A DNA stretch of 64,000 nt from Terrimicrobiaceae bacterium (GCA_041752695.1 JBGSVZ010000019.1:32001-96000); one strand, 5' to 3'. Positions 49,945 through 59,762 are shown, numbered from the stretch's first letter. Notes: generated by a model from the sequence alone, not told the origin. Numbers and translations are program-made.

Positions 49945-52263
49945 TTAGTTGCCGCTCGCTCCGGGCTCGATCGGCGACGTGGCCTGATCGAACTGGATGG
50001 GCAAAGTGATTTGTGGAGCGTCCTTGAGCGTGAGGAGCAGGAGCACGCCCAACTCGCTATCTTCTCCGACACTGTCACGCACCTGGGCGCCGAACGATGC
50101 CACCCAGCTGGAAAGGTCGCGATGGACCATGTAGCGCTGGTATTGCAGCGTGGACGACTCCATTTCGTATTGCTCGTAAAGGCTGAAACCCCAGTTGTCG
50201 TTGATCCGCCAATAGGCGTAAAAATCGATCTGGCTGTTGTCGGAGAAAAATTCGTTGCCGTTGATGTAGCGATGTCCGATTCGGAACGAGAAGTCGCGCG
50301 TCGGCATGAAATTGAGGCCGGTATTCACTTCCGTGAAACCTTGCGAAACGATGGGCAGCTGGGACTCCACATCAAGGTAGAACCAAGGCACCGGACGGAA
50401 CCGATAGACGTTAAAGACATTGGAAACATCGGCGTCCGAATACGGATTGTCGAAGTTGACATCCATAAATGTGTCGAGCTCCATCCATTGAAAGGTCTCC
50501 TGATCCCGACGCGTCTGGAGGCGGTTGCGCACCCCAAGGCGGACGATGTTCCAGGTATCAATCGTATCGATTCCTGTAAACTGCGGAAAATCGAGCGGCA
50601 AGAGGTCGGTCGAAGGCACCACGCGGTCAAATTGCAAAATGTCCTTCGGGCTCGCCCCCAAGTTATAAACCAGCGAATAGTTGGTGTAGGGCTGGACCAC
50701 ATGGCGCAGACCGTCAATGCCCAGCCAGCGAGCCTGAATGCGCTCGTAAGTGCGGGAGAATTTGGTGGAAACCTCTAGTCCAAAATTCACCACAGGCCGG
50801 AACACCGAACCCTTGTTGGTCAGGTTTGGGGTGGGGTTGTTCAGCGGAGTGCTTTCGATGGATGGTCCCGTGACTGTCTGCAGTTCCCCAGTCACCGGAT
50901 CAAATTCCTCAAATGGCGCAAAATCTTCAAAGGTCCCGCTCTTATTGTAATAGGTGAAACGGAGCCCCGCGCGGGGAGTCACGTTGAGCCAGCCGAATAG
51001 CTGCGTCGGGACGGACAACTGGTGGAACGTGTCAAAGCGGGCGGACTCGTAATCCGGGAAATCTTCCTCCCCGAATTCGGGCGTGACCGAAAACGCGCGC
51101 CGGTAACTGCCGACGCTTGTCTCGCCGTCATAATAAACTGGCAGGCCGAAAAAGCGGTGCTGCTTAAAATCAAAGACCAACTCCGGAAGACGCTCCGTCG
51201 TGTCCTGGAAGTCGTTCACCTGAAAACGCCCGATCAGGTTGAGGGTGTAAAACTCGTCCCACTTCGTCAGCGAAAGAAAGTTGTCCGGCTGGGGATCCAC
51301 GCGGAATTCATTGGGAAAATAATCTTCCAGAAAGTCCACGTCGCTGAGGACGTTGATGTCGGCCGTCGCATAGATGTCATCGGTGAGGAAAAGTCGCTGT
51401 TTGAAAGTCACGCGGTAGCGACCCTCGTCGCCCGATTCCGCCGGTTCGCCCGGCCCGCCCACCTGGCGATCCGGCTGCGTGTCGAAGCCGTAGTACGAAA
51501 TGAACTCCCCGTAACTCCGGTCGTCCTTGCCATATTTCATGGTGGCGTCGAATCCGAAAGCCGGACCAAATTCGGTCCGCATATCCGAGCGCACTTTACC
51601 GGTGATACTATTGCCGGTGCCAATGGGAAAGCTGTAGGCGGTCAGCAAATAAGCGCCCCAGCGGGAATCAAAGCCCGGGAGAAACTCAAAGCCGGAATTG
51701 TTGAGGTTCGCAAAGATGTAGGGAAACCAAAACACCGGGGTCTGCCCGATGTAGACCGTCGAGTTGGAAAAAATCACGCGGTTGTCCAGGTAGACCCGGA
51801 CGCTGCGGGACTTGATGTGGAAGTCGGGCTGCGAGGAATCGTCCGTGGTGAACATGGCATCCCTCACCGAAAATTCCCGGGCCGAAAGGGCGCGAAAGTT
51901 GAAGGCGTGGAAATACCCGGGAGGCTGCCCGCCGGAAAACTCGAGGGCGCGCATTTGTTTCGTCTCCATGTTGAAGAGAGCGCGCTGACCGGTGAGCAGT
52001 TGCTCGGGTGTGTAGAGTCGAATGTTTCCAATGAGGAGGACATCACGGGTATCGGGGTTGTACTCGGCGTAGTCGCAATAGATGCTATAGTCGCCGTAGT
52101 GGATCTGGACGTTATCCTCCGCGATGGCCACACCGCCTTCGAAACGGGTGTTTCCGTCTGCGGTGATCTCGACGGGCACGTCGCCGAAGCTGCCGAACTG
52201 CGCCAAGGCGCAAGCCGCACCGGCCAGCCAGACAAAAACCATCCACAAACAACGTATCCTCAT
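49945..52263 (-). CDS. lptD: LPS-assembly protein LptD
   Basis: N-terminal OstA-like region, FQ..TERLPE, RH...P, G.RN.LQT.R, beta-barrel-like aromatic periodicity; likely start ATG 52263. Confidence 0.82.
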   Translation of the reverse strand: MRIRCLWMVFVWLAGAACALAQFGSFGDVPVEITADGNTRFEGGVAIAEDNVQIHYGDYSIYCDYAEYNPDTRDVLLIGNIRLYTPEQLLTGQRALFNMETKQMRALEFSGGQPPGYFHAFNFRALSAREFSVRDAMFTTDDSSQPDFHIKSRSVRVYLDNRVIFSNSTVYIGQTPVFWFPYIFANLNNSGFEFLPGFDSRWGAYLLTAYSFPIGTGNSITGKVRSDMRTEFGPAFGFDATMKYGKDDRSYGEFISYYGFDTQPDRQVGGPGEPAESGDEGRYRVTFKQRLFLTDDIYATADINVLSDVDFLEDYFPNEFRVDPQPDNFLSLTKWDEFYTLNLIGRFQVNDFQDTTERLPELVFDFKQHRFFGLPVYYDGETSVGSYRRAFSVTPEFGEEDFPDYESARFDTFHQLSVPTQLFGWLNVTPRAGLRFTYYNKSGTFEDFAPFEEFDPVTGELQTVTGPSIESTPLNNPTPNLTNKGSVFRPVVNFGLEVSTKFSRTYERIQARWLGIDGLRHVVQPYTNYSLVYNLGASPKDILQFDRVVPSTDLLPLDFPQFTGIDTIDTWNIVRLGVRNRLQTRRDQETFQWMELDTFMDVNFDNPYSDADVSNVFNVYRFRPVPWFYLDVESQLPIVSQGFTEVNTGLNFMPTRDFSFRIGHRYINGNEFFSDNSQIDFYAYWRINDNWGFSLYEQYEMESSTLQYQRYMVHRDLSSWVASFGAQVRDSVGEDSELGVLLLLTLKDAPQITLPIQFDQATSPIEPGASGN

Positions 52264-52373
52264 GCAGAAGTCGGAGGCTATTTTCCCCACTTGCGCTGGC
52301 AAGAGAAAAACAGACCGTTCGCAGGCCTGATGGCGGGAATAAAATCGCCCGCGGCGGGGTTCAGCCCTCCCGA

Positions 52374-52865
52374 TCACTCGGAACCCTCAAGAATTTCCAG
52401 CAGCCAATGCTGGATCAAGCCGTAGAAATGGATCTGCACGAGGGCCAGATCCCGTTCATCGAGACTGTCCCGCGCCCCATGACGGTCCATGTCCTGTTCG
52501 TCAAACCCATGGTGGGCGGCCAGAGCGAGCCGCACCTGGTTGAGGGCATTCAGCCAGGCTTCCGCGTGCTTTCGCGAAAACTCCATGGCAAAGCTCTCCC
52601 CGTCCTCGGCCATCCCGCGCAGGTCGGCCTCCACCATCTGGCGGGTGGATAAAAAATAGTCGTGCAGCTCGGGTTCGACGAACGCCTGCCAGTCGGCGCG
52701 CAGTTCCGTCTCGGCGGACCCGGGAGCCGGACTCGGAAAAATCCGGTTCTCCGCTTCATCCGATTCCCATTCGGTCCAGCGGGGAATCTGACGCAATAAC
52801 TCCGCCACCACCGGCGGGATCTCCCGCATGCCGAGCTTGCCGTCCTCTGTCTCGTAGAATTCCAT
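52374..52865 (-). CDS. DUF2017-like protein
   Basis: R.FP, W...V.P.L, AWL.ALNQ.RL.L; sits immediately after clpS. Confidence 0.7.
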   Translation of the reverse strand: MEFYETEDGKLGMREIPPVVAELLRQIPRWTEWESDEAENRIFPSPAPGSAETELRADWQAFVEPELHDYFLSTRQMVEADLRGMAEDGESFAMEFSRKHAEAWLNALNQVRLALAAHHGFDEQDMDRHGARDSLDERDLALVQIHFYGLIQHWLLEILEGSE

Positions 52866-52869
52866 GGAA

Positions 52870-53160
52870 TCAGCGGCTGCGTTCAAGCGTAGCCAGAAGA
52901 AGGTGGGAATGGAGCTGCTGGACGTAAAACTCCGCCTTCTCGCGTGTCCCCGACCAAACGATGGAACGCCCATTGCGATGCACCTCCATCATGTGCTTTT
53001 CCGCTTTTGTCCGGGAAAAGCCAAAAATCCTCCGGAAGACATGCGTCACGTAATTCATGAGATTCACCGGATCGTTGTGCACCACGACGTTCCAGGGGAG
53101 GTCTCTCGCCACTTCGTCGAGGGTCTCGGCGGCGGGGGTTTCGTAGGTCTCGGTGGCCAT
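52870..53160 (-). CDS. clpS: ATP-dependent Clp protease adaptor ClpS
   Basis: WNVVVHNDPVNLMNYV, MMEVH..G. Confidence 0.93.
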   Translation of the reverse strand: MATETYETPAAETLDEVARDLPWNVVVHNDPVNLMNYVTHVFRRIFGFSRTKAEKHMMEVHRNGRSIVWSGTREKAEFYVQQLHSHLLLATLERSR

Positions 53161-53162
53161 CG

Positions 53163-53741
53163 TCAGGCAGCCCGCAAATGTGAACCCCGGTTCCGGGGCT
53201 GCGCTCCCGCGATCATTTCCGCCCAATCCCGGGCCGTGCCGTCCGGGTTGCCCCCGCGCGCTTCCAAAAACAACAACGCCGAAACCGCCGCACCCCGGGG
53301 CAGATGGAAGGCACCGGCGCGCACCGCCAGCATCACCGCAAAGTGTCCCGGCAACTCTCCCGCTCCCACGCGATCCCGGTGGTGCATCCAGATTTTTTCC
53401 GCGTTGGGCACGGTATATTCCGCCGCGAGCCGCCTTCCCGCCCGGCGACTGGCCTCCGCCAGTTCCGGAGGCAGAGCGACATCAAGGGCGGCATCGCTGG
53501 CCGCCAGTTCCTTGCGGTGCCCCTGCACAAACGCCGTAAATGCTGACTCAAAAGCCGGCAGAACCGACGGGAAAAAAATCGTATCCCGCCACACCGCCCA
53601 ATCCGTGATCGGTGGCCGGAACGTCAGCCGCCCCGCCGACTCCCAATCCGGGTGGCAGAGCCTCGCTGCCCTCAGCAACTCGACGTGCGGGTCACTCGCA
53701 TCCAGCGGGCTGGCGTCCGGTTTGGCGTTTTTGGAAATCAT
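53163..53741 (-). CDS. Hypothetical protein, UreF-like (tentative)
   Basis: D..LD......L.EAS..AG..L and GH..V pattern resembles UreF; in operon position. Confidence 0.5.
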   Translation of the reverse strand: MISKNAKPDASPLDASDPHVELLRAARLCHPDWESAGRLTFRPPITDWAVWRDTIFFPSVLPAFESAFTAFVQGHRKELAASDAALDVALPPELAEASRRAGRRLAAEYTVPNAEKIWMHHRDRVGAGELPGHFAVMLAVRAGAFHLPRGAAVSALLFLEARGGNPDGTARDWAEMIAGAQPRNRGSHLRAA

Positions 53742-53753
53742 CAATGCCGGACT

Positions 53754-54191
53754 TCATACCATCTTCCTCGCGTACTTGAAAATCTGTTCCTGCATCCGCG
53801 CCATTTCTTTTGCCTCAGGCGGTTCCAGGTCGTCCCATCCGCCGAGGTGAAGCAGACCGTGGATGTAACAAAGCGCCGCTTCCTCGTTCGGGGTACGGTT
53901 GTAACGCCGGGCGTTTTCCGTCACCACGCCAGCCCCAAGGAGGATCTCCCCATGATGAAACGTGATCACATCCGTCGGCTCGGGATCGGAAAAAAACTCG
54001 TCATGGACCCGCCCGATGGCGCGGTTGCTTAGAATGGTGGCCTCCACCTCCCGCAATCCGCAAAGGGGGGCGTCTGGCAGGCGCGTCGCCGCCAGGCAAG
54101 CGGGGCGTGCGAAGGTGACGAACCGCAGAATGAACGCGGTGTCGAACGGCCGCACTCTCTGTCTGTTGGACAGGGACAGCGCCGGTCTCAT
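53754..54191 (-). CDS. ybeY: rRNA maturation endoribonuclease YbeY
   Basis: PTDVITF, HGLLHL.G.D (third His of the H3XH5XH motif appears as Asp). Confidence 0.88.
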   Translation of the reverse strand: MRPALSLSNRQRVRPFDTAFILRFVTFARPACLAATRLPDAPLCGLREVEATILSNRAIGRVHDEFFSDPEPTDVITFHHGEILLGAGVVTENARRYNRTPNEEAALCYIHGLLHLGGWDDLEPPEAKEMARMQEQIFKYARKMV

Positions 54192-54202
54192 GGAGTCCTG
54201 CC

Positions 54203-55789
54203 TCAGGCCGCGGACTGCTCGCGGCGGCTGGCGGGATTGGACTCCTTTTCCTCACGCTTCGACGGATATGCAATGCGCGAGTGGAGCATGTTGACGAGGG
54301 AGAACCGGAAACTTTCCGCCACCTTGCGAATGTCGGCCAGAGTGAGCGGACACTCGTCGAGTTGGTGTTCGGCGATGCGACTGTCGATAATCCCCTTAAT
54401 CAGGTCCTCGATGCGCTGCGGGGTCGGACGTTCCATCGAACGCGAGGCACTTTCCACGGCATCGGCGAGACTGACGATCGCCGCCTCCTTATTTTGGGGC
54501 CGGGGTCCGGGGTAGCGGAAACTTTCTTCCTTCACGTCAGGGATGTCTTCTTCCCGCATGTTCATGATCTTGCCGCCCAGCCGCGCGTCGTTCTGCTGCT
54601 GGAGGGCCCGTTGGTGGAAATACGCAACCATCGATGTGCCGTGGTGCTGCTGGATCACGTCCACGATCTCGCCGTTGAGGCGGTTTTTCAGCGCCAGATC
54701 CACCCCTTCCTTCACGTGGGCAATGATGATGAGGGCGCTCATCGTTGGCGTGAGTTCGTCGTGCGGATTGTGCCCGGGGCGCATGTTTTCCGTGAAATAT
54801 TCCGGCTTCACCAACTTCCCAATGTCATGAAAATACGCACTCACGCGGCACATCGTCGGATTGGCCCCCACTTTTTCCGCCGCAGCCTCCGCCAGATTTG
54901 CCACGGCGAGACTATGATGATAGGTGCCTGGGGCCTCCATGCTCATGCGTTTGAGGAGAGGGTGGTTCAAATCGGCCATCTCCAACCAGGAAATGTCGGT
55001 CGTGATGCGGAAGACATTTTCCAGCACAGGGATGAGTCCGCTGGCCAGCACTGCCGTGCCAAAACCGGTCGCCACCGCCGCAAGGCTTTGCCAGCCGATC
55101 ATTTTCCAATCCGTCTGGCCCAGGGATTCCCAGATCACCGGCCCAATCTGCCCAAAGGCCGCTGCGAGAATCCACGTGGCGATCCCGACATAAACACCAG
55201 CCCGAATCAACCGACTCCGACGGCGCACCTGAATGGTCACATACACCGCAATGAATCCCGTGATCAATGAAGTCACGAGAAAGATGGGATCAATGCGGCC
55301 CACGAGGAGCGAACCCCAGAGGCTGGCAAAAACTGCGGCGAACAGGCCATGGTTTTTCCCCAGCAGGACGGATAAGACCAACGGCGCAAAAGCGAAAGGC
55401 ACTAGCAGCGGGACCAACTGAAGATCAATCCGGCCCGCGGTCGCCTGGACAAGGACGATCTTGATCATGGCGAGCTGAAAGAGGAGCACCCCAAAAACCA
55501 AGGTCAGCCGGGAGTTTCCCCCGAGGGTATTCGGTTCGTTGATCCAGAGTTGGGCGACGGCGGTGACGAAGATCAGCAGGCAGAGGAGGAACTTCTTGGC
55601 CGGCTCTTCCTGCACGCCGGTGAAAATGAGGAGCGCGAGGCCGGCGACGAAGGCGGCGAAAATCAGGGCACGAACGGGCCAGCCGCATTCCAGCGCGACC
55701 GAGAGCTCGTTATCCGAGACGGTGCGGCGGGTTTTGCTGCAGGCCATGCCCTTTTCGACGAGCCGGCGACGTTGTAGGAAATTCCACAT
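54203..55789 (-). CDS. 7TM-HD (HDIG) phosphohydrolase, PgpH-like
   Basis: Multi-TM region, EAPGTYHHS, HDIGK, HV.EG, QHHGT, FRYPGP.P, LAD.VE.ASR. Confidence 0.9.
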   Translation of the reverse strand: MWNFLQRRRLVEKGMACSKTRRTVSDNELSVALECGWPVRALIFAAFVAGLALLIFTGVQEEPAKKFLLCLLIFVTAVAQLWINEPNTLGGNSRLTLVFGVLLFQLAMIKIVLVQATAGRIDLQLVPLLVPFAFAPLVLSVLLGKNHGLFAAVFASLWGSLLVGRIDPIFLVTSLITGFIAVYVTIQVRRRSRLIRAGVYVGIATWILAAAFGQIGPVIWESLGQTDWKMIGWQSLAAVATGFGTAVLASGLIPVLENVFRITTDISWLEMADLNHPLLKRMSMEAPGTYHHSLAVANLAEAAAEKVGANPTMCRVSAYFHDIGKLVKPEYFTENMRPGHNPHDELTPTMSALIIIAHVKEGVDLALKNRLNGEIVDVIQQHHGTSMVAYFHQRALQQQNDARLGGKIMNMREEDIPDVKEESFRYPGPRPQNKEAAIVSLADAVESASRSMERPTPQRIEDLIKGIIDSRIAEHQLDECPLTLADIRKVAESFRFSLVNMLHSRIAYPSKREEKESNPASRREQSAA

Positions 55790-55814
55790 TGGTGCAAACG
55801 GGTCAAAGCTACGC

Positions 55815-56795
55815 TTAAATCAGACTGTCCTGCAACCCACGATGTTCCCGGTAGGCGTGGATGATTTTTTGCACCAAAGGATGCCGGACGACGTCAGCCT
55901 CCTCGAAAAAGTGAAACCCGATGCCCTCGACTTTGCGCAGGGCCTCCGCCGCTTCGACCAGCCCGCTGCGTTTGTTGCGCGGCAAATCAATCTGGGTGCG
56001 GTCGCCCGTCACCACACATTTTGAGCCCTCGCCGAGGCGGGTCAGGAACATAAACATCTGCTCCGTGGTGGTGTTTTGCGCCTCGTCGAGCACGACAAAG
56101 GCGTTCGCGAGCGTGCGGCCACGCATGTAAGCGAGCGGGGCGATTTCGATCACACCCCGGTCCATGAACTTCTGGATTTCCTCCAGATCGAGCATGTCGT
56201 TGAGGGCGTCGTACAGCGGACGCAGATAGGGCAGAATTTTTTCCTGAAGATCCCCTGGCAAAAATCCGAGGGCCTCACCCGCTTCCACGGCCGGACGCGT
56301 CAGGACGATGCGGCTGACTTTTTCCTGTTTGAGAGCCTGCACAGCCATCGCCATGGCCAGGTAGGTTTTACCGGTCCCAGCAGGCCCGATACCGAAGGTG
56401 ATGTCCCGGGCGAGGATGGATTGCAGATACTCCCGCTGACCCTTCGTTTTCGGCACGATGGGGGACCGTTTGGGGGAGCACTGAATGCGAAAATCCACGA
56501 GATTCCCAAGGGCCTCCCCGTTCTTGCTCACGGCATTCAGGGCGGTCTGAAATTCATGCCGCTTCACCGCGACGCCCCGCTGACGGGCGGCATCGAGCTG
56601 TTCGAAAACCTTGCGAGCGCGGCCGACATTTTCCTCGCCACCCTCAATGCGCAACCAGCCGTCGCGGGAGGTGACGCGGACGGAAAGGGCCGTTTCGAGT
56701 TCCCGCAGCAGTTTGTCGTCGCCGCCATAGAGCGCCTGGACCGCGCGGGCGTTCTCAAACTCCAGCGTGAGGGCCTCGATGTTATTTGTAGCCAT
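55815..56795 (-). CDS. phoH: PhoH-family ATPase
   Basis: GPAGTGKT, RPAVEAGE.LGFLPG, YMRGRTL, DEAQN; likely start ATG 56795. Confidence 0.95.
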   Translation of the reverse strand: MATNNIEALTLEFENARAVQALYGGDDKLLRELETALSVRVTSRDGWLRIEGGEENVGRARKVFEQLDAARQRGVAVKRHEFQTALNAVSKNGEALGNLVDFRIQCSPKRSPIVPKTKGQREYLQSILARDITFGIGPAGTGKTYLAMAMAVQALKQEKVSRIVLTRPAVEAGEALGFLPGDLQEKILPYLRPLYDALNDMLDLEEIQKFMDRGVIEIAPLAYMRGRTLANAFVVLDEAQNTTTEQMFMFLTRLGEGSKCVVTGDRTQIDLPRNKRSGLVEAAEALRKVEGIGFHFFEEADVVRHPLVQKIIHAYREHRGLQDSLI

Positions 56796-57213
56796 AGACG
56801 AGCGCCCAGTTGGAGCGCTCTTCGGAAGATTTTTCCACGGTGACGATGGCATAATACGTGCCCGTCTTCGTGGGAGTCACCTTCGCACCCGCGAAACGCC
56901 CCTTTTGGAACGCCTCGCTTTCGGCCAGTTTGCCGTTGGAATCATACACATGCACAGTGATCACGGCGCCCCGCGTATCTGTGCCCAAACAAAACCAGTA
57001 TTCGTTGCCTTTGAAAAGCTGGGCCGTGACGGCCTGCTGATCCTTGACCCCAAGATCACCACCCCAGGCGTCCTCACGGATTGTGTAGCCCTGCTTCACA
57101 TACGGAAGGGCTGCCTCGTGGGCGAAGGAAAGCGCATCGTCCACCGCCGCCCATGCCGCAGAAAGACCGAGGGTGACCAGCGCCAGGGTGAGAAAAAATT
57201 TGGGAAGTTTCAT
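56782..57213 (-). CDS. Hypothetical secreted protein
   Basis: Clear signal peptide; ATGA-coupled to the upstream gene; beta-sandwich-like composition. Confidence 0.75.
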   Translation of the reverse strand: MKLPKFFLTLALVTLGLSAAWAAVDDALSFAHEAALPYVKQGYTIREDAWGGDLGVKDQQAVTAQLFKGNEYWFCLGTDTRGAVITVHVYDSNGKLAESEAFQKGRFAGAKVTPTKTGTYYAIVTVEKSSEERSNWALVYGYK

Positions 57214-58007
57214 TCCTGGCCGGAGGTGATGACCGTGACGGTATCGGCCGTCATCTTATTAACTTTCTGCACGCTTCCCACCGGGATTCCCCCCTTGGTG
57301 ATGAGCGGACGGATGTCCCGCAGGAGCTTCCGAACGCGCGTGACCAACTCCTCTTTTTTGAGGCGCGAGCTGCGCATTTCGTCAATTCGGCGGCTGAAAT
57401 AGGCGATTAACTCGGGCTGGTTGAGCAACTCAGCACCGTCCGGCGTGTAGTTTTTGCTGACAATGGAGGTCAGCACTTCCGTGCCGCGAATCCAACCGCC
57501 AAGGCTCACCAGTTGGGCGAGATCGTCGTCGCCGAGTTCGGCCATGGCGGCCCGAACATCTTGCAACGCACCGTCCAGTTCGCTCCGCACAGACTTCCAG
57601 TTTTTGGCGTCCGCTTTTTCGATGATGCTTTTGCTCCGGGCAATCACGGCTTTGCGCACGTTGATGGCGTCGGCCAGCACGAGCACCTCCTGACCAATGT
57701 CCTTCACACGCTGGGAGTCTTCCGCCTCCACGGCGACAAACCCTTCGGCAATCACCGTGCCGAGCAGGAGGGCGACCTGGGCGCGATTGCCAGTATTCGT
57801 GCCAAGCGACTCGCGCATCTCCCCCTTCCAGTTGGGCGAACCCAGTTTATCGAGGACGTTAAAGACCTCACTGGGAACCGGCACGACCACTTCGTCCACC
57901 GCCGTGGCGGGGAATTTCGAGAGGTCAACGGTTTGCGGCGGCGTCTGGGCAGCCGCCCCGGAGAGGGCAAGGCCGCAGAAGGCAGCAGTAATCAAGCGTG
58001 GCAGCAT
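57210..58007 (-). CDS. Hypothetical secreted helical protein
   Basis: C-terminal 265 aa of the 591-aa track ORF; signal peptide MLPRLITAAFCGLALSGAAA from ATG 58007. Confidence 0.75.
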   Translation of the reverse strand: MLPRLITAAFCGLALSGAAAQTPPQTVDLSKFPATAVDEVVVPVPSEVFNVLDKLGSPNWKGEMRESLGTNTGNRAQVALLLGTVIAEGFVAVEAEDSQRVKDIGQEVLVLADAINVRKAVIARSKSIIEKADAKNWKSVRSELDGALQDVRAAMAELGDDDLAQLVSLGGWIRGTEVLTSIVSKNYTPDGAELLNQPELIAYFSRRIDEMRSSRLKKEELVTRVRKLLRDIRPLITKGGIPVGSVQKVNKMTADTVTVITSGQE

Positions 58008-58064
58008 GGGAAAAATAAGCTTCGCTGTGGGGCGTGACCCCGGTAAAAGCGCGCGCATCATTAG

Positions 58065-59072
58065 ATGAATCTTCAAAGAATACAACACCTTCTTGACCGC
58101 GCACGCAAGCAGCGCTTGCTGGTCATCGGCGACGTCATGCTCGACGAATTTGTCTGGGGCAAGGTTTCCCGCATCTCCCCGGAAGCTCCCGTGCCCGTCG
58201 TAGAGGTGGTCAGCGAGTCCAGTTACCCCGGCGGAGCGGCCAATGTCGCCCGCAACCTCCGGCCTTTTTGCGATTCCGTACATATCAGCGGGCTTATCGG
58301 TTGTGACACCCATGCCGGACGCCTGAAAACCCTCCTCGCCGAGGAAGGCATCGCCACGGACGGACTCATCGAGTCGCCCGACCTGCCCACCATCGTCAAA
58401 ACCCGCATCATCGCCCGCCAGCAGCAGGTTGTGCGGGTGGACCGCGAGAATCGACGCCCCGCCGCCCCTGAGACCCTCGAGGCCGCCTGCGTCCGCATTG
58501 CCTCCCTCCTGCCCGAGGTGGACGGCGTCATCCTCGAAGATTACGGCAAGGGCTTTCTGACCCAGGAGTTTGTCACCCGTGTCGGGTCCATGACGGCCGA
58601 GGCCGGCAAAATCCTTACCGCCGACCCCAACCCGGGTAATCCCCTCACCTGGCACAACGTCACCACCCTCAAACCCAACCGCTCTGAGGCCTTTGCCATG
58701 GCCGGTCTGGCCGACCCCGGCGCGATGGACGATCCCCTCACAGATGCCCCCCTGCAGCACGTGGGCGCAAAGCTGCTGGAACGTTTCCAGATCCCGTCCC
58801 TGCTCATCACCTTGAGCGAACACGGCATGATCCTGTTTGACCGTGCGGCCGCCCCCTACCACACCCCCACCAGGGCACGCGAAGTCTTTGACGTTTCTGG
58901 TGCCGGGGACACCGCCATCGCCCTTTTCACCGCTGCGCTTTGCGCCGGGGCGACTCTCCAGGAAGCGGCCGAGATCTCCAACCACGCCTCCGGGGTGGTC
59001 GTGAGCAAACTCGGCACCGCCACTCTTACCCCCGGGGAACTCATCGCCAGCTTCGAAAACAATGCGTCCTGA
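58065..59072 (+). CDS. rfaE1: D-glycero-D-manno-heptose-7-phosphate kinase (HldE kinase domain only, RfaE1/HldA type)
   Basis: GDVMLD, RISPEAPVPV, GGAANVA, DYGKG, DVSGAGDT. Confidence 0.93.
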   Translation: MNLQRIQHLLDRARKQRLLVIGDVMLDEFVWGKVSRISPEAPVPVVEVVSESSYPGGAANVARNLRPFCDSVHISGLIGCDTHAGRLKTLLAEEGIATDGLIESPDLPTIVKTRIIARQQQVVRVDRENRRPAAPETLEAACVRIASLLPEVDGVILEDYGKGFLTQEFVTRVGSMTAEAGKILTADPNPGNPLTWHNVTTLKPNRSEAFAMAGLADPGAMDDPLTDAPLQHVGAKLLERFQIPSLLITLSEHGMILFDRAAAPYHTPTRAREVFDVSGAGDTAIALFTAALCAGATLQEAAEISNHASGVVVSKLGTATLTPGELIASFENNAS

Positions 59073-59086
59073 GCAGAATGCAGCTC

Positions 59087-59162
59087 ACAGAAGCAAACGA
59101 AGACAACGAAGTGGGCGTAACCAGTCCCCTCGATACCCTTCGTTCCCTTCGTTTCCTTTTGT
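59087..59162. repeat. Imperfect inverted repeat built from 9-nt (AACGAAG-containing) units
   Basis: ACAGAAGCAAACGAAGACAACGAAG (59087-59111) versus CTTCGTTCCCTTCGTTTCCTTTTGT (59138-59162): 21 of 25 complementary. Confidence 0.8.
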
Positions 59163-59198
59163 AAAAACTCTTCTTTCCTTCTGTTAGTGGCTTCCAGC

Positions 59199-59741
59199 AT
59201 GAATCCCCCAAACACCCGCCGCGCCGTCTTTTTTGACCGCGACGGAACCCTCATGCGCGAGGAGGACTACTGCCGCCATCCTTCGCAAGTCCACGCCATC
59301 CCCGGGGCCGACGCCGCCCTTGGCGCCCTCCACGCCGCCGGCTGGCTCGCCATCATCATCACCAACCAAAGCGGCATTGGCCGCGGCTATTTCACCCTCG
59401 CCGACTACGAAGCGGTGAATGCCGAACTTTTCCACCAACTCGGCCAATCCCTGCCCGCCTACTGCTGCGCCGACCACCCCGACACTCCCACCCCACGCCG
59501 CAAGCCAGGCACGGGCATGATCGATGAAGCCATCCGCGACCACGGCATTGATCCTGCGCAGTCCTGGATGATCGGCGACAAGGATATCGACATCACCGCC
59601 GGCCGCGGCGCCGGGTGCCGTACCATCCTCGTCGTCACCGGCTACGGCGAAAAGCACCGCGCCTGCGGAGCCGACCTTGTCGCCCGGGACGTTGTCGAAG
59701 CCATCAGCTTCATCCTCGGAAACACTCCATCCTCTTCGTAG
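59199..59741 (+). CDS. gmhB: Heptose-1,7-bisphosphate phosphatase (HAD IIIA)
   Basis: FFDRDGTL, TNQSGIGRG, RKP..GM, MIGD...DI.AG; follows the heptose kinase. Confidence 0.9.
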   Translation: MNPPNTRRAVFFDRDGTLMREEDYCRHPSQVHAIPGADAALGALHAAGWLAIIITNQSGIGRGYFTLADYEAVNAELFHQLGQSLPAYCCADHPDTPTPRRKPGTGMIDEAIRDHGIDPAQSWMIGDKDIDITAGRGAGCRTILVVTGYGEKHRACGADLVARDVVEAISFILGNTPSSS

Positions 59742-59762
59742 GGGCGAGGCTCGTCCACGCCC
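59738..59762 (+). repeat. Degenerate GTAG-type REP overlapping the gmhB stop
   Basis: GTAG-GGGCG-AGGCTCGTCCA-CGCCC hairpin. Confidence 0.45.

Noticed and set aside
58008..58985. N-terminal 326 aa of the 591-aa track ORF
   Set aside because: Antisense to the heptose kinase; the real protein starts at the signal peptide at 58007.
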